Shown in pieces: positions 12,244-23,643 of a stretch of DNA of 64,000 nucleotides. Origin of the DNA: Candidatus Kerfeldbacteria bacterium RIFCSPLOWO2_02_FULL_42_19 (GTDB taxonomy: Bacteria > Patescibacteriota > Patescibacteriia > HO2-48-17). Every line of letters starts with the position of its first letter. Position 1 is the stretch's first letter. The stretch is from the NCBI GenBank assembly GCA_001818315.1, contig MHKF01000012.1:23976-87975 (forward strand), in the 5' to 3' direction. The translations under genes were made by a program, and so were the position numbers. Below the pieces are notes generated by a model. That model did no database searches. It was not told the DNA's origin and worked only from the letters and a program-made list of their open reading frames with translations.

Positions 12244-12723
12244 ATGCGCAATTTTACAAAAATTTTCGTTCCATCGATTCTTGTGAGTACCTTTGTTTTT
12301 GCTGGATGCAATCAGCAAACTACAGAGACAAACGCAGATGTCACTGTCGACGCCACATCCTCAACTTCTGTCGCTAACTCTTCTGCTGATAGCACTTCTA
12401 CGCTCAATTCGGATAGTGCTCGCGAGACGAAGAACACTTCGCAAGGCACCATGAAAGAATTTAAGGTTGTTGCCAAGCGTTTTGTTTTTGAACCGGCAAC
12501 ACTGCGAGTCAAAAAAGGAGATACGGTGCGATTGCAGATTACGAGTATGGATACCGATCACGGTTTTGCCATCGCTGAGTTTGGAGTGAATGCAACAATT
12601 CCTGCTGGTAAAACTGTGACCGTAGAGTTTGTTGCCGATAGGCAGGGCACGTTTACGACACAATGTTCGGTATTTTGTGGCACTGGACACCCTGATATGC
12701 AAGGTACATTGATCGTCGAATAA
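12244..12723 (+). CDS. Cupredoxin lipoprotein with CuA-type site
   Basis: Lipobox FAGC, S/T-rich linker, DHGF and CSVFCGTGHPDM (CxxxCxxxHxxM). Confidence 0.85.
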   Translation: MRNFTKIFVPSILVSTFVFAGCNQQTTETNADVTVDATSSTSVANSSADSTSTLNSDSARETKNTSQGTMKEFKVVAKRFVFEPATLRVKKGDTVRLQITSMDTDHGFAIAEFGVNATIPAGKTVTVEFVADRQGTFTTQCSVFCGTGHPDMQGTLIVE

Positions 12724-14427
12724 ATGGATCTCTTTATTGAGATAAGTCTCATTATAGTTCTTGCGGCGTTTATTGCTGGACTTGCGCATCTTCTGAAGCA
12801 GCCGCTTATTATTGGTTATATTTTAACCGGCCTTCTTGTTGGTCCGAAAGTATTGAATCTGCTCCGCGCTTCCGATGTGATTCATATTTTTTCACAGATT
12901 GGCATCGCTCTGCTTTTATTTATTGTTGGGCTTGGTCTGCGACCGAAAAATATTCGCCGACTCGGTAATGTTGCCGTGATTACTGGTGTCGGGCAAGTGC
13001 TCTTTACTTCACTGATCGGCTTTGCAATTGTACGCTTATTTGGTTTTAATGCTACGACGTCATTGTATATTGCGATTGCTTTGACATTCAGTAGTACGAT
13101 TATTATTTTGAAGTTGCTTTCAGATAAGCGGCATCTCGGTACGCTCTACGGTCAAATTTCTATTGGCTTTCTTTTGGTTCAAGATATTATTGCGACCTTG
13201 ATTCTGATTTTTGTTTCGTCGTTTTCTGAAGGCCAACGTTTTATGGAAGTAGCGTTGCTCCTTTTATTGAAGGGAGTTCTCCTTGGCAGTGTTTTATATT
13301 TTTGCACTCGGTATGTACTACCTCCTCTTTCTTTCTTTTTTGCGCGCAAGCAAGAATTTTTATTTTTGTTTTCCATTGCCTGGGGTCTTGGACTTGCAAG
13401 TCTTTTTCATCTCTTAGGATTTTCTATCGAGATCGGCGCGCTTGTTGCTGGCGTCGCTCTTTCTACTACGCCGTATCATCTGAATATTAGTTTTAAGATG
13501 CGTCCGGTTCGTGATTTTTTTGTCATACTCTTTTTTATTCTGCTTGGCTCGGAACTTGTTTTTGAGAGTCTGCTTGATATGCTTCTACCGGCTTTTATTC
13601 TTTCTGTTTTTGTCTTGATCGGAAATCCGCTGATTGTGATGACCCTCCTCGGTTTACTGGGTTATAGTAAACGTACGGGTTTTATGGCGGGCTTAACGGT
13701 TGCTCAGATTAGTGAATTCTCTTTGATTCTGATGGCTTTAGGGAGTGATCTGGGTCATATTTCTCAAGATGCTGTAGCGCTCGTGACGGTTGTAGGGCTT
13801 GTCACTATCGCTGGTTCAACGTATTTGATACTCTATGCTGAAAAAATATATCCGTATCTCGCACCCTATCTTTCTCTTTTTGAAAAAAAACATAGAAAAG
13901 CCGAACAACATGTTGCGCAGTATGATATGTTTCTGTTTGGTTATAATCGAGTCGGGTATGATTTTGTTCAAGTTTTTCGAGATTTAAAGAAAAAGTTTCT
14001 TGTTGTTGATTTTGATCCTGAAGCTGTACAGAGACTGTCTCACTCGAATATTCCTGTGAAATACGGTGATGTCGGTGATAGTGAATTTCTCGCAGAACTT
14101 GATTTGGAGCATGCTATATTAGTTGTTTCTACGATACCGGATTTCGAGACAAATGCCTTTCTTGTACAGCGCATTCGGAGTGTAAACTCGCGTGCGATTG
14201 TCATTGTGATTTCCCATAATATTTCTTGCGCGCAGCAATTATATGACTTCGGCGCTTCCTATGTGATGATGCCTCATTTTTTGGGTGCGCAGTATGCGGC
14301 AATGATGATTGAACGCTATGGTTTTGATGTACAGCGATTTCACAAAGAACGCACTGAACACCGTAGTTATCTTCGTCAAAGGCAGGTTTTGGGCCACGAA
14401 CATCCCGTCGCTGAAAGTCTCCGTTAG
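12724..14427 (+). CDS. CPA2/Kef-type cation:proton antiporter with TrkA-N domain
   Basis: Many TM helices, FSSTIII and AQISEF motifs, C-terminal GYNRVG Rossmann domain. Confidence 0.9.
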   Translation: MDLFIEISLIIVLAAFIAGLAHLLKQPLIIGYILTGLLVGPKVLNLLRASDVIHIFSQIGIALLLFIVGLGLRPKNIRRLGNVAVITGVGQVLFTSLIGFAIVRLFGFNATTSLYIAIALTFSSTIIILKLLSDKRHLGTLYGQISIGFLLVQDIIATLILIFVSSFSEGQRFMEVALLLLLKGVLLGSVLYFCTRYVLPPLSFFFARKQEFLFLFSIAWGLGLASLFHLLGFSIEIGALVAGVALSTTPYHLNISFKMRPVRDFFVILFFILLGSELVFESLLDMLLPAFILSVFVLIGNPLIVMTLLGLLGYSKRTGFMAGLTVAQISEFSLILMALGSDLGHISQDAVALVTVVGLVTIAGSTYLILYAEKIYPYLAPYLSLFEKKHRKAEQHVAQYDMFLFGYNRVGYDFVQVFRDLKKKFLVVDFDPEAVQRLSHSNIPVKYGDVGDSEFLAELDLEHAILVVSTIPDFETNAFLVQRIRSVNSRAIVIVISHNISCAQQLYDFGASYVMMPHFLGAQYAAMMIERYGFDVQRFHKERTEHRSYLRQRQVLGHEHPVAESLR

Positions 14428-14494
14428 TGCTATACTGGGATTATCGCCATAGGTGTTTTCGTCACGAAATTTTCAATTATTTCTGAGTATTTTC

Positions 14495-16726
14495 ATGCCT
14501 CGTAGTCCCAAGAAAATTGCCAAGCGCGAAACTTCAGTTCTCGATACACTTTCCCCAAAACTTCACCCGCAAGCACAACGCGGAATTCTTGTCATTCTCC
14601 TTTTTGCATTTGGCGCCCTGGCGTTTTTAAGTTTTTTACATGTCGCTGGCCGTGTTGGTGAATGGTTCGCATGGGCACTGATGCTTTTTTTTGGTTGGGG
14701 GAGATTTTTGGTACCTGTTATTGTTTTTGCTCTCGGGTATGTACTTTTGTTTGCGCGTAAATACCAATGGCGATTTGTGGAATATGGCGGTTTTGTACTG
14801 TTGTTGTTGAGTATTTTTGGCATGCTTCATTTTCTTGTACCGGCTGACGCAATGGTTGATAGTATTCCAGTTGGTCAGGGAGGCGGTTACGTTGGTTTCG
14901 CTGTTGCTTGGGTTGTGTATTCACTGTTCGGAGTGTACGCAGGTTGGGTAGTATTTGCTACATTGTTTTTGATTGCTATTCTTTTAGTTTTTAATAACAC
15001 GGCCATTCTTTGGTTGAATCGCATTGGCGGTTTCGCAGGTTTTCTTTCGCGTCTTAAAGATTGGTTTCGTAAAACTGAAGTACATCAAGAGGAATTAGCG
15101 TCTCCTCAGGAAGCTAGCACTGATACCTCTATTATGTCTGCATCGGTAAATCGCGCAAAACCAGAAGACGATCGTGAACCTTCACAGCTTGTATCGCGCG
15201 AGGACGTTGGAACTCAGGAGCATATTCCATTTTCTATTCGACATCCCAGACGGATTGAGATACCGCTTTCGTTGTTGCAAGATAAAGCCGGAAAAGCAAC
15301 GGCGCGAGATATTGTTGTGAATCGGGATCGTATTCAGACGACGTTGAAGAATTTTGGTATTGAAGTAACGATGCATGATGTACACGTTGGGCCAACAGTT
15401 ACGCAGTATGAATTGAAACCCGCTGATGGTGTGAAATTATCCCAAATTCTTACTTTAAAGCGCGATTTGGCATTGGCTTTAGCAGCTCATCCTATTCGCA
15501 TTGAAGCGCCGATCCCTGGGAAAGCACTCGTGGGTATTGAAGTGCCAAATCAATCTGTGGCACTCGTGCGTTTGAAGGAATTGTTGCAGGCACAGGAATT
15601 TAAAAAACGTCGTTCACATTTGACGTTGGCTATCGGCAAGGACGTGGCTGGAACAGTGTTTCTTGCCGAACTTGGAAAAATGCCCCATATGCTTATCGCC
15701 GGGGCGACAGGTTCAGGGAAATCCGTTGCTATTAATAGTCTCATTCTGGGTTTGTTGTTTCAGAATAGCCCTACATCACTGCGATTGATATTGATTGATC
15801 CAAAACGGGTGGAACTCACGGTTTATAATGATATTCCGTATCTTCTGACTCCAGTTATTACGGACTATGAGAAAACAGTGAATGCCTTGAAGTGGGCCGT
15901 GGGGGAGATGGATCGACGCTATGAACTTCTTTCACAAGCTCAGAAACGTCATCTTGATAACTACAACGCGACTGCTCTTGAGAAATTACCGTACATCGTT
16001 ATTGTCATTGATGAATTAGCTGATCTTATGGCAACCTCGGCTCGAGAAATTGAAGCTATTGTTGTGCGTCTGGCACAAATGGCGCGGGCGGTTGGTATCC
16101 ATTTGATTCTTTCTACGCAGCGACCTTCAGTAGACGTGATTACCGGACTCATTAAAGCAAATATTACGACACGTCTTGCTTTTGCAGTCGCTTCGATTAT
16201 TGATTCACGTACTATTCTGGATTTTCAAGGCGCTGAGTCTCTTTTAGGGAACGGAGATATGTTGTATATTTCTGCTGAGCTCTCAAAACCGAAACGACTT
16301 CAGGGTACTTTTGTGGATGATGCTGAGATTAATAATGTAGTAGCCTTTTTACGCAAGCAGCAGGAGCCGAATTATAATTCGGATATTGTGACGCGGCAAT
16401 CGCGTGTTATGGTCCCCGGAGCTTTTCAGGATGCAGAGGACGAAGATGAGTTGTTGGATGCAGCGAAACGTGTCATTATAGAGTCAGGAAAAGCGTCGGC
16501 GTCACTTTTACAGAGGAGGCTCCGTGTGGGGTATGCGCGCGCTGCTCGTATTCTGGATATTCTCGAAGAACAAGGCATTATTGGGCCCGCAGATGGAGCA
16601 AAGCCTCGTGAAATTCTGATTACTTCCGAAGAAGGATTTGACACTGCGCCGGCTTTAACGGAAGAAAGCGAAATGACAGAGACGGAAGACGATGCGCCGC
16701 CGTCACTCCGTCGCAAATCTTTCTAA
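14495..16726 (+). CDS. ftsK: DNA translocase FtsK/SpoIIIE
   Basis: N-terminal TM domain, PHMLIAGATGSGKS, IDELADLM, gamma domain SASLLQRRLRVGYARAAR; ATG at 14495 preferred. Confidence 0.97.
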   Translation: MPRSPKKIAKRETSVLDTLSPKLHPQAQRGILVILLFAFGALAFLSFLHVAGRVGEWFAWALMLFFGWGRFLVPVIVFALGYVLLFARKYQWRFVEYGGFVLLLLSIFGMLHFLVPADAMVDSIPVGQGGGYVGFAVAWVVYSLFGVYAGWVVFATLFLIAILLVFNNTAILWLNRIGGFAGFLSRLKDWFRKTEVHQEELASPQEASTDTSIMSASVNRAKPEDDREPSQLVSREDVGTQEHIPFSIRHPRRIEIPLSLLQDKAGKATARDIVVNRDRIQTTLKNFGIEVTMHDVHVGPTVTQYELKPADGVKLSQILTLKRDLALALAAHPIRIEAPIPGKALVGIEVPNQSVALVRLKELLQAQEFKKRRSHLTLAIGKDVAGTVFLAELGKMPHMLIAGATGSGKSVAINSLILGLLFQNSPTSLRLILIDPKRVELTVYNDIPYLLTPVITDYEKTVNALKWAVGEMDRRYELLSQAQKRHLDNYNATALEKLPYIVIVIDELADLMATSAREIEAIVVRLAQMARAVGIHLILSTQRPSVDVITGLIKANITTRLAFAVASIIDSRTILDFQGAESLLGNGDMLYISAELSKPKRLQGTFVDDAEINNVVAFLRKQQEPNYNSDIVTRQSRVMVPGAFQDAEDEDELLDAAKRVIIESGKASASLLQRRLRVGYARAARILDILEEQGIIGPADGAKPREILITSEEGFDTAPALTEESEMTETEDDAPPSLRRKSF

Positions 16727-17406
16727 TGTATATGTCGCCATTTACTTCCCGTAGGATTACGTATCAGACGCTTGGAGAACAGTTGCGAGCTTTGCGCACT
16801 TCTGAAGGTCTGTCGGTGTCTGATGTTTCCGCAGCTATTCGGGTTCGGCAGGAATATATCGCAGCGCTCGAAGCTGGACATTACACTGTATTGCCGAGCG
16901 GTATTTATATTCGCAATTTTCTTAAAGAGTACGCCACATTTTTAGGCGTCAGTTGGAAACGGGTTATTACTCTTTATGAAAAAGAAATGCGTGCATTCGC
17001 GCAGCACATCGAAAAGGGGAAGTATTTTGCAAAACAAGGGCCTTCGTTGCGCGCCGTTGTTGTTCCCAAATTGCTACGTATCGGACTTCTTTCTACGCTT
17101 ATGTTTGTGGTGTTCCTGTACATCGGTTTTTCTGTGTATACGACTTTCGCGCCGCCTCGTTTGATTGTTTCTGAGCCATTTGATAATCTCATAGTGCAGG
17201 ATCACGTCTTGCATGTTATCGGAAGCACTGATTCAGCATCGCAGGTTATGATTAATGGGCAGTCTGTGCCAGTGCAAGCAAGCGGGGGTTTTGAACAGAG
17301 AGTATCTTTGCATGATGGGCTGAATACTATTGTTATTACGGCGCAAAATAAACATAGTCGGACTCGGACCGTGTCTCGGCAAGTGGTTGTAGAACCTTCG
17401 TCTTAA
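16726..17406 (+). CDS. RodZ-like HTH membrane protein with C-terminal Ig-like domain
   Basis: LGEQLRALR..YIAALEAG..YIRNFLKEYA HTH, one TM helix, beta-rich C-terminus. Confidence 0.8.
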   Translation: MYMSPFTSRRITYQTLGEQLRALRTSEGLSVSDVSAAIRVRQEYIAALEAGHYTVLPSGIYIRNFLKEYATFLGVSWKRVITLYEKEMRAFAQHIEKGKYFAKQGPSLRAVVVPKLLRIGLLSTLMFVVFLYIGFSVYTTFAPPRLIVSEPFDNLIVQDHVLHVIGSTDSASQVMINGQSVPVQASGGFEQRVSLHDGLNTIVITAQNKHSRTRTVSRQVVVEPSS

Positions 17407-17424
17407 TTTCATTTATGTTTTTTT

Positions 17425-18513
17425 ATGTCTCAAACAAAGCTTCTTTCGCAATCTGATACGTCCGTTAAAAATTCGCAGCGTGGTGCTGTCAAAATCAATA
17501 TAGGGGAGAGTCGTTTGCGTGCGGCACAACAGGCTGTTGATCAAATAAGAGAACGTTTCGGTGATGGTTCTATTATGCGTCTTGGAGAAGCGAAGTCACT
17601 GCAAGTTGACGTAGTTCCGACCGGTTGTATTTCACTTGATCTTGCGTTGGGCGTCGGTGGATTTCCGCGCGGTCGAGTTATTGAGATTTTTGGACCCGAA
17701 GCTTCCGGCAAGACAACACTTGCGCAGCATGCGGTTGCTGCAGTGCAAAAGCGCGGCGGTGTGGCAGCTTATGTTGATGCTGAACATGCGCTGGATCCTG
17801 AATACGCTAAACACATTGGCATCAATATTAATGACATGTATATTTCTCAGCCAGATACTGGAGAACAGGCATTGGAAATTGTAGAGACCCTTGTGCGTTC
17901 CAATGGTGTTGATGTGATTGTTGTCGATTCAGTTGCTGCTCTTACTCCGCGTGCAGAGATTGAGGGAGAAATGGGGGATAGTCACATGGGTTTACAGGCG
18001 CGGCTTATGAGTCAGGCACTTCGCAAATTGACCGGGATCATTAGTAAGTCGCACACGATAGTAATTTTTATCAATCAGACACGTATGAAACTAGGAGTGT
18101 TTTTTGGTAATCCCGAGACAACGACCGGAGGTATGGCATTGAAGTTTTATTCCTCGGTCCGTATTGAGGTGCGTCGCGCCGCTCAGATTAAGCAAGGTGA
18201 GAAAATTATCGGCAATCGTATTAAGGCGAAGATTGTGAAGAATAAAGTCGCTGCGCCATTTCGTAGTACTGAATTTGATATTATGTATAATCAAGGTATT
18301 TCTTTAGCGGGTGACTTGTTGGATACCGGTGTGCAATTCGGCGTGATTACGAAGAGCGGTAATTCGTTTGCTTATAAAAATGCGAAACTTGGTATCGGTC
18401 GAGAAAACGCGAAAAAGACAATTGAGACGGATCGAAAACTTTCGAATGAACTACGACAGGAAATTATTGCCAAAGCGAAAGAATCCGCAGAATCGCAAGA
18501 GGCGCAAAAGTAA
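17425..18513 (+). CDS. recA: Recombinase RecA
   Basis: [35 protein letters not shown]. Confidence 0.99.
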   Translation: MSQTKLLSQSDTSVKNSQRGAVKINIGESRLRAAQQAVDQIRERFGDGSIMRLGEAKSLQVDVVPTGCISLDLALGVGGFPRGRVIEIFGPEASGKTTLAQHAVAAVQKRGGVAAYVDAEHALDPEYAKHIGININDMYISQPDTGEQALEIVETLVRSNGVDVIVVDSVAALTPRAEIEGEMGDSHMGLQARLMSQALRKLTGIISKSHTIVIFINQTRMKLGVFFGNPETTTGGMALKFYSSVRIEVRRAAQIKQGEKIIGNRIKAKIVKNKVAAPFRSTEFDIMYNQGISLAGDLLDTGVQFGVITKSGNSFAYKNAKLGIGRENAKKTIETDRKLSNELRQEIIAKAKESAESQEAQK

Positions 18514-18520
18514 ATCGAAC

Positions 18521-18685
18521 AGCGGAGTAAGGGGTAATATATATTTTTTCAAATGCTGTGATATCCAAGCATGAATGTTTTGTATTTTTGAAAAAGTTTT
18601 TTGAGTGCACACTCTTCTCGCTCTCTGATGAAAGTTACTTATCACAACGCATTTGAAGAAAACATATATTACCCCTTACTCCGCT
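18521..18685. repeat. Element with ~45-bp inverted repeats (MITE-like)
   Basis: AGCGGAGTAAGGGGTAATATAT..AAATGCTGTGATA (18521-18563) vs its near reverse complement (18640-18685). Confidence 0.7.
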
Positions 18686-18716
18686 TTCATGTACATTAAA
18701 AATTTTTCGATAACTG

Positions 18717-18755
18717 AAGAAGCCGCATTCCCCTTTGTATGGAATTCGGCTTCTT
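18717..18755. terminator. Hairpin/terminator
   Basis: AAGAAGCCG-CATTCC..GGAATT-CGGCTTCTT. Confidence 0.6.
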
Positions 18756-19016
18756 AATGTGTGCGATGTGATGCTATAGTGTTTTATGCAGATCGCGGAT
18801 TTGTTTTCCGTATTCGTTGACAAGCACGACCCTCTCCTTTCTTCGGTTTTTCCATCGTATTCTCTACTTTGAAAGTAGATGCGTTAGCATTTTAACAATC
18901 TTTCTGTTTTTGTCAAACACAAAACTCCTTTCACACTTCTATCGCTTGAATGTTCGTATATTTTCAAGCGGCACAGGAATGCAAGGAGTACATTTTGTTT
19001 TATTCTCCCGCCGTAT

Positions 19017-19334
19017 TTATATGTTGAGTTTTTTTGCGAGGTCACTCACGAGTGGAATTTCCCAGTACTTTCCAGATATTGCTTGCGCAAATCCTACAAT
19101 AATCACTACAAAGATGACGAGATTGAGAAGCCATCCTAGAAATGGAATAAACCAACAAATGACTGACGCGATAAAGAGTATGATGCCTTGTTTTGCGTGA
19201 AACTGTGCGAACGGGCTATCCTTTTTTAGGATGAGTATCACGATACTGATAAACCATAAATAACTCAGTGCTGCAAGTACTTTGTTTTCTTCAATATCTT
19301 TAGTGTCGCTTGTATTGATTTTTTTTTCTGCCAT
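19017..19334 (-). CDS. DUF4870-like small membrane protein
   Basis: SD AAAGGAGGTG before MAEKK; AALSY..FAQFHAKQG..GKYWEIP pattern. Confidence 0.85.
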   Translation of the reverse strand: MAEKKINTSDTKDIEENKVLAALSYLWFISIVILILKKDSPFAQFHAKQGIILFIASVICWFIPFLGWLLNLVIFVVIIVGFAQAISGKYWEIPLVSDLAKKLNI

Positions 19335-19348
19335 AGTATCACCTCCTT

Positions 19349-19795
19349 TCAGATTTTGAGTGATGTCTGTGATGTATGATGCTTTGTGTTGCGTTGAAAG
19401 TATCCGATCAATAGGATCGTCATTTGAGTGATGAGGAAACTGAGCAATACCCACAGTGCGGATTGTGTGATGATAGCGAACGCGCTCCAGATGGTTTTGT
19501 TTTGGATTATTTCTACAATAGCAATACTCGTACCGCTTGCGACGCCGCTCACGAGGTTGCTCATAATCATATGTTCTTTTGCGCGATATTGATGTTGATA
19601 CAGCTGAGAGCTGATGAAGATTATGAGGACGATATTCGCTAGTATTATGAGATGGAGGGTGTATGTTTCTAAGTATGCCGCAATATTAAAAATCAAGAGT
19701 ACGAGTGTCGGTTTACTCACCAGCATGAAGATTTTCTGCATATTCTCTTGTGTAATATTGTGTTTTGTTTGGTTTTTTTGTTCTGCTATTTCCAT
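19349..19795 (-). CDS. Hypothetical membrane protein (~4 TM)
   Basis: Hydrophobic 148-aa ORF co-oriented with the downstream gene. Confidence 0.65.
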   Translation of the reverse strand: MEIAEQKNQTKHNITQENMQKIFMLVSKPTLVLLIFNIAAYLETYTLHLIILANIVLIIFISSQLYQHQYRAKEHMIMSNLVSGVASGTSIAIVEIIQNKTIWSAFAIITQSALWVLLSFLITQMTILLIGYFQRNTKHHTSQTSLKI

Positions 19796-19941
19796 ATTTT
19801 TCTTCTTGTAGCATATCTCAAACCGGCTTTCGAGGCAAAATTTTGGTGTACGTGTGATACGAGTTTTTCTACGATCCCGAGTATTTCTCTCTCTTTTTGT
19901 ATCCTATGACGCAATGTGAGTTGCTGACGATTGTGCCGCGG

Positions 19942-20700
19942 TTATTTTTTTTGACCGCTTTTGGTATATTCCGCAATTACTGTTTTCATTGCCGCCACTT
20001 CGGCTTGTATGGTGCGGTTTAAGGAAAAAGCTGAGGCTACGGAATAAACGTACGGCATTTCGAGGCAGAAGGAGTATGGGATGCCTTCATGATGCATTCG
20101 CTCTTCGAATGACCCGTCTGGTTTTGGTTGTACAATGAGACCATTATGTGCTTGCATTGAAAAAATACGAGATTTTTTACAAATGGGGATGTATCGATTT
20201 ATGCTCGTCAGTATTTTTCGTGGGAGCAGTATTGGTTGTTCATTGCGAATATATGCGTGCAGGTAAGCGCATGTGTTTACATCATCTCCATGGAGTGCCA
20301 TGAAGCAGTGGACATTTTCTTTCTTCATAGTATTGTAAAGCGCTCTGTTTTCTTTTTTGAATGTGTGATTGCGAAAATGTCTATTGAGATTGATGTTTTG
20401 AAAATTACGTTCCCTGCAAGCATGAAATCCTGTAGGATTGGCTACTGGAAACAGTATAATTTTTGGTACGTTTTGTTTTTTAAAGTTGATGCTTTTGAGT
20501 AATTTTAACATCGCGAATGACCCAGATATTTCGTCGCCATGAATTCCTGCTGAAAAACATACAGTTTTGTGAGCGTTGCCTGGAATAGTGACTTTGAAGA
20601 GGGGGTATTCATTCCTTTTACCAACAAAACTAATAACCTCGAGACGAAAATGTCTCTGTGCACAAATGGATGTAAGTTTTTGGATGTAGGAGAAATACAT
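19942..20700 (-). CDS. M14-family zinc carboxypeptidase / desuccinylase-like
   Basis: SAGIHGDE (HxxE), PVANPTG, NLNRHF, ALHGD. Confidence 0.85.
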   Translation of the reverse strand: MYFSYIQKLTSICAQRHFRLEVISFVGKRNEYPLFKVTIPGNAHKTVCFSAGIHGDEISGSFAMLKLLKSINFKKQNVPKIILFPVANPTGFHACRERNFQNINLNRHFRNHTFKKENRALYNTMKKENVHCFMALHGDDVNTCAYLHAYIRNEQPILLPRKILTSINRYIPICKKSRIFSMQAHNGLIVQPKPDGSFEERMHHEGIPYSFCLEMPYVYSVASAFSLNRTIQAEVAAMKTVIAEYTKSGQKK

Positions 20701-20877
20701 AAAATACCTTCAGGTTCAGGCGTTTCTTGATCACAGATATTTTGGCTTATATCGGCCATATTTTTATGATTATACCTCATTTTGCAACGCGCACTTATGT
20801 CTTATCCTTGTTGTTATGTTCTGATACTATAATTTTAAGATAACCAAAATTTATTTTTGTGTAAAGTTTTACTTTTA

Positions 20878-21042
20878 GGGGTCTGTCGCCGAATACGCTT
20901 TCGTCTGTGAAATCGTAGAATTTCGTGACAGAACCGCTGAATAAATTTTGAGGTTTATATGGAATATAAGCTGAAAAATTTTGAAGCGATTCTGGCCGAA
21001 ATGCTACGATTGCAACAGAAATGGTATTCGGCGACAGACCCT
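20878..21042. mobile_element. MITE, 165-bp cargo-A type (copy 2)
   Basis: TIR GGGTCTGTCGCCGAATAC at both ends, TTA on both flanks, near-identical inverted copy at 36426-36589. Confidence 0.85.
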
Positions 21043-21050
21043 TTATACAA

Positions 21051-21080
21051 ACACAACCCCCGAAATAGTGGGGATTGTGT
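21051..21080 (-). terminator. groEL terminator
   Basis: ACACAACCCC..GGGGATTGTGT stem downstream of groEL. Confidence 0.6.
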
Positions 21081-21123
21081 GATTACAATCTCAGAGCCCT
21101 GTGTTTTGGTTTTTAAGAGATTT

Positions 21124-22827
<1,704 letters not shown>

Positions 22828-22848
22828 CTACCTTCTGCTTTGTGATAT

Positions 22849-23139
22849 TTATGCTTCGATGATCGCGAGAATGTCCGATTCGTTCGCAATCATGTATTCT
22901 TCATCGTTGATTTTGACTTCGGTTGGACCGTATTTTGCAAAAATTACTTTTTGACCTTTTTTGACCTCCATTTGCGCACGTTGCCCGTTCTCTAAAAGTT
23001 TTCCTGGGCCGACGGCAATGACTTCAGCCTCTTCCGGTTTTTTTTCGACCGTGTCGGGAAGGAAAATGCCTGACTTGGTCATTTCTTCTTTTTTTATTGG
23101 TTTGAGGATCACACGATCACCTAATGGTTGCAGTTGCAT
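22849..23139 (-). CDS. groES: Co-chaperonin GroES
   Basis: PLGDRV, TKSGIFLP, AVGPG motifs. Confidence 0.98.
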   Translation of the reverse strand: MQLQPLGDRVILKPIKKEEMTKSGIFLPDTVEKKPEEAEVIAVGPGKLLENGQRAQMEVKKGQKVIFAKYGPTEVKINDEEYMIANESDILAIIEA

Positions 23140-23214
23140 AGGTTTAGATGTGTTAATGATTGAAAATAGCTAGATGTAGCGAAGTATATAAAACCTACAT
23201 TCGTATAGAGGTGG

Positions 23215-23241
23215 TTAGCACTCAAAAGTTTGGAGTGCTAA
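23215..23241. promoter_or_regulatory. CIRCE operator (HrcA site)
   Basis: Perfect TTAGCACTC-N9-GAGTGCTAA upstream of groES. Confidence 0.95.
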
Positions 23242-23249
23242 CTTTTCCT

Positions 23250-23278
23250 ATCTTATCGGTAAAGTTTTTTTTCGTCAA
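23250..23278 (-). promoter_or_regulatory. groESL promoter
   Basis: TTGACG-17 bp-TAAGAT directly upstream of CIRCE. Confidence 0.75.
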
Positions 23279-23327
23279 GAGCTTCTTATTGTAACATGAC
23301 ATATGCAACTCATATGAGAAAAAATGA

Positions 23328-23503
23328 GTATGCGTATACAATCAAAGGAAATCATCCGTTCTTTTAAAAAGACGGGCTCCGCCGCAACAGCGGCACAGGA
23401 GGCTCAGCATCCATACAACTACTTGTATATCGTTGGCTTACAAGAGCCCGGAGCGGTTGGAGTAACTATCTCCGCATGAAGCCCTGAGGCTATGAGTGCA
23501 AAA
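23328..23503. ncRNA. Candidate structured RNA or repeat, related to 60134-60252
   Basis: GC-rich multi-stem island (CGGGCTC/GAGCCCG, GCCGC-AACA-GCGGC, ATACAA/TTGTAT) within an AT-rich spacer. Confidence 0.3.
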
Positions 23504-23550
23504 TGTGTTTTCCTAAAATAAAGTTAAAATGTCATAGTTTTATGGAAATG

Positions 23551-23600
23551 AAAAATGCCTTGCGGGTTCAGAAATGAATTTTCTGAATGCAAGGCTTTTT
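23551..23600 (-). terminator. Hairpin terminator of the NUDIX-like gene
   Basis: GCCTTGC..TTCAGAAA/TTTCTGAA..GCAAGGC flanked by A and T runs. Confidence 0.6.
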
Positions 23601-23643
23601 GAGGAAGGGGCTTGTGGTGGGATTTGATGAGTTGGGTAGGGGG

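Noticed and set aside
23494-23503. GAGTGCAAA / TTTGCACTC as extra CIRCE sites (also 60144-60152)
   Set aside because: Half-sites only; no partner at 9-bp spacing
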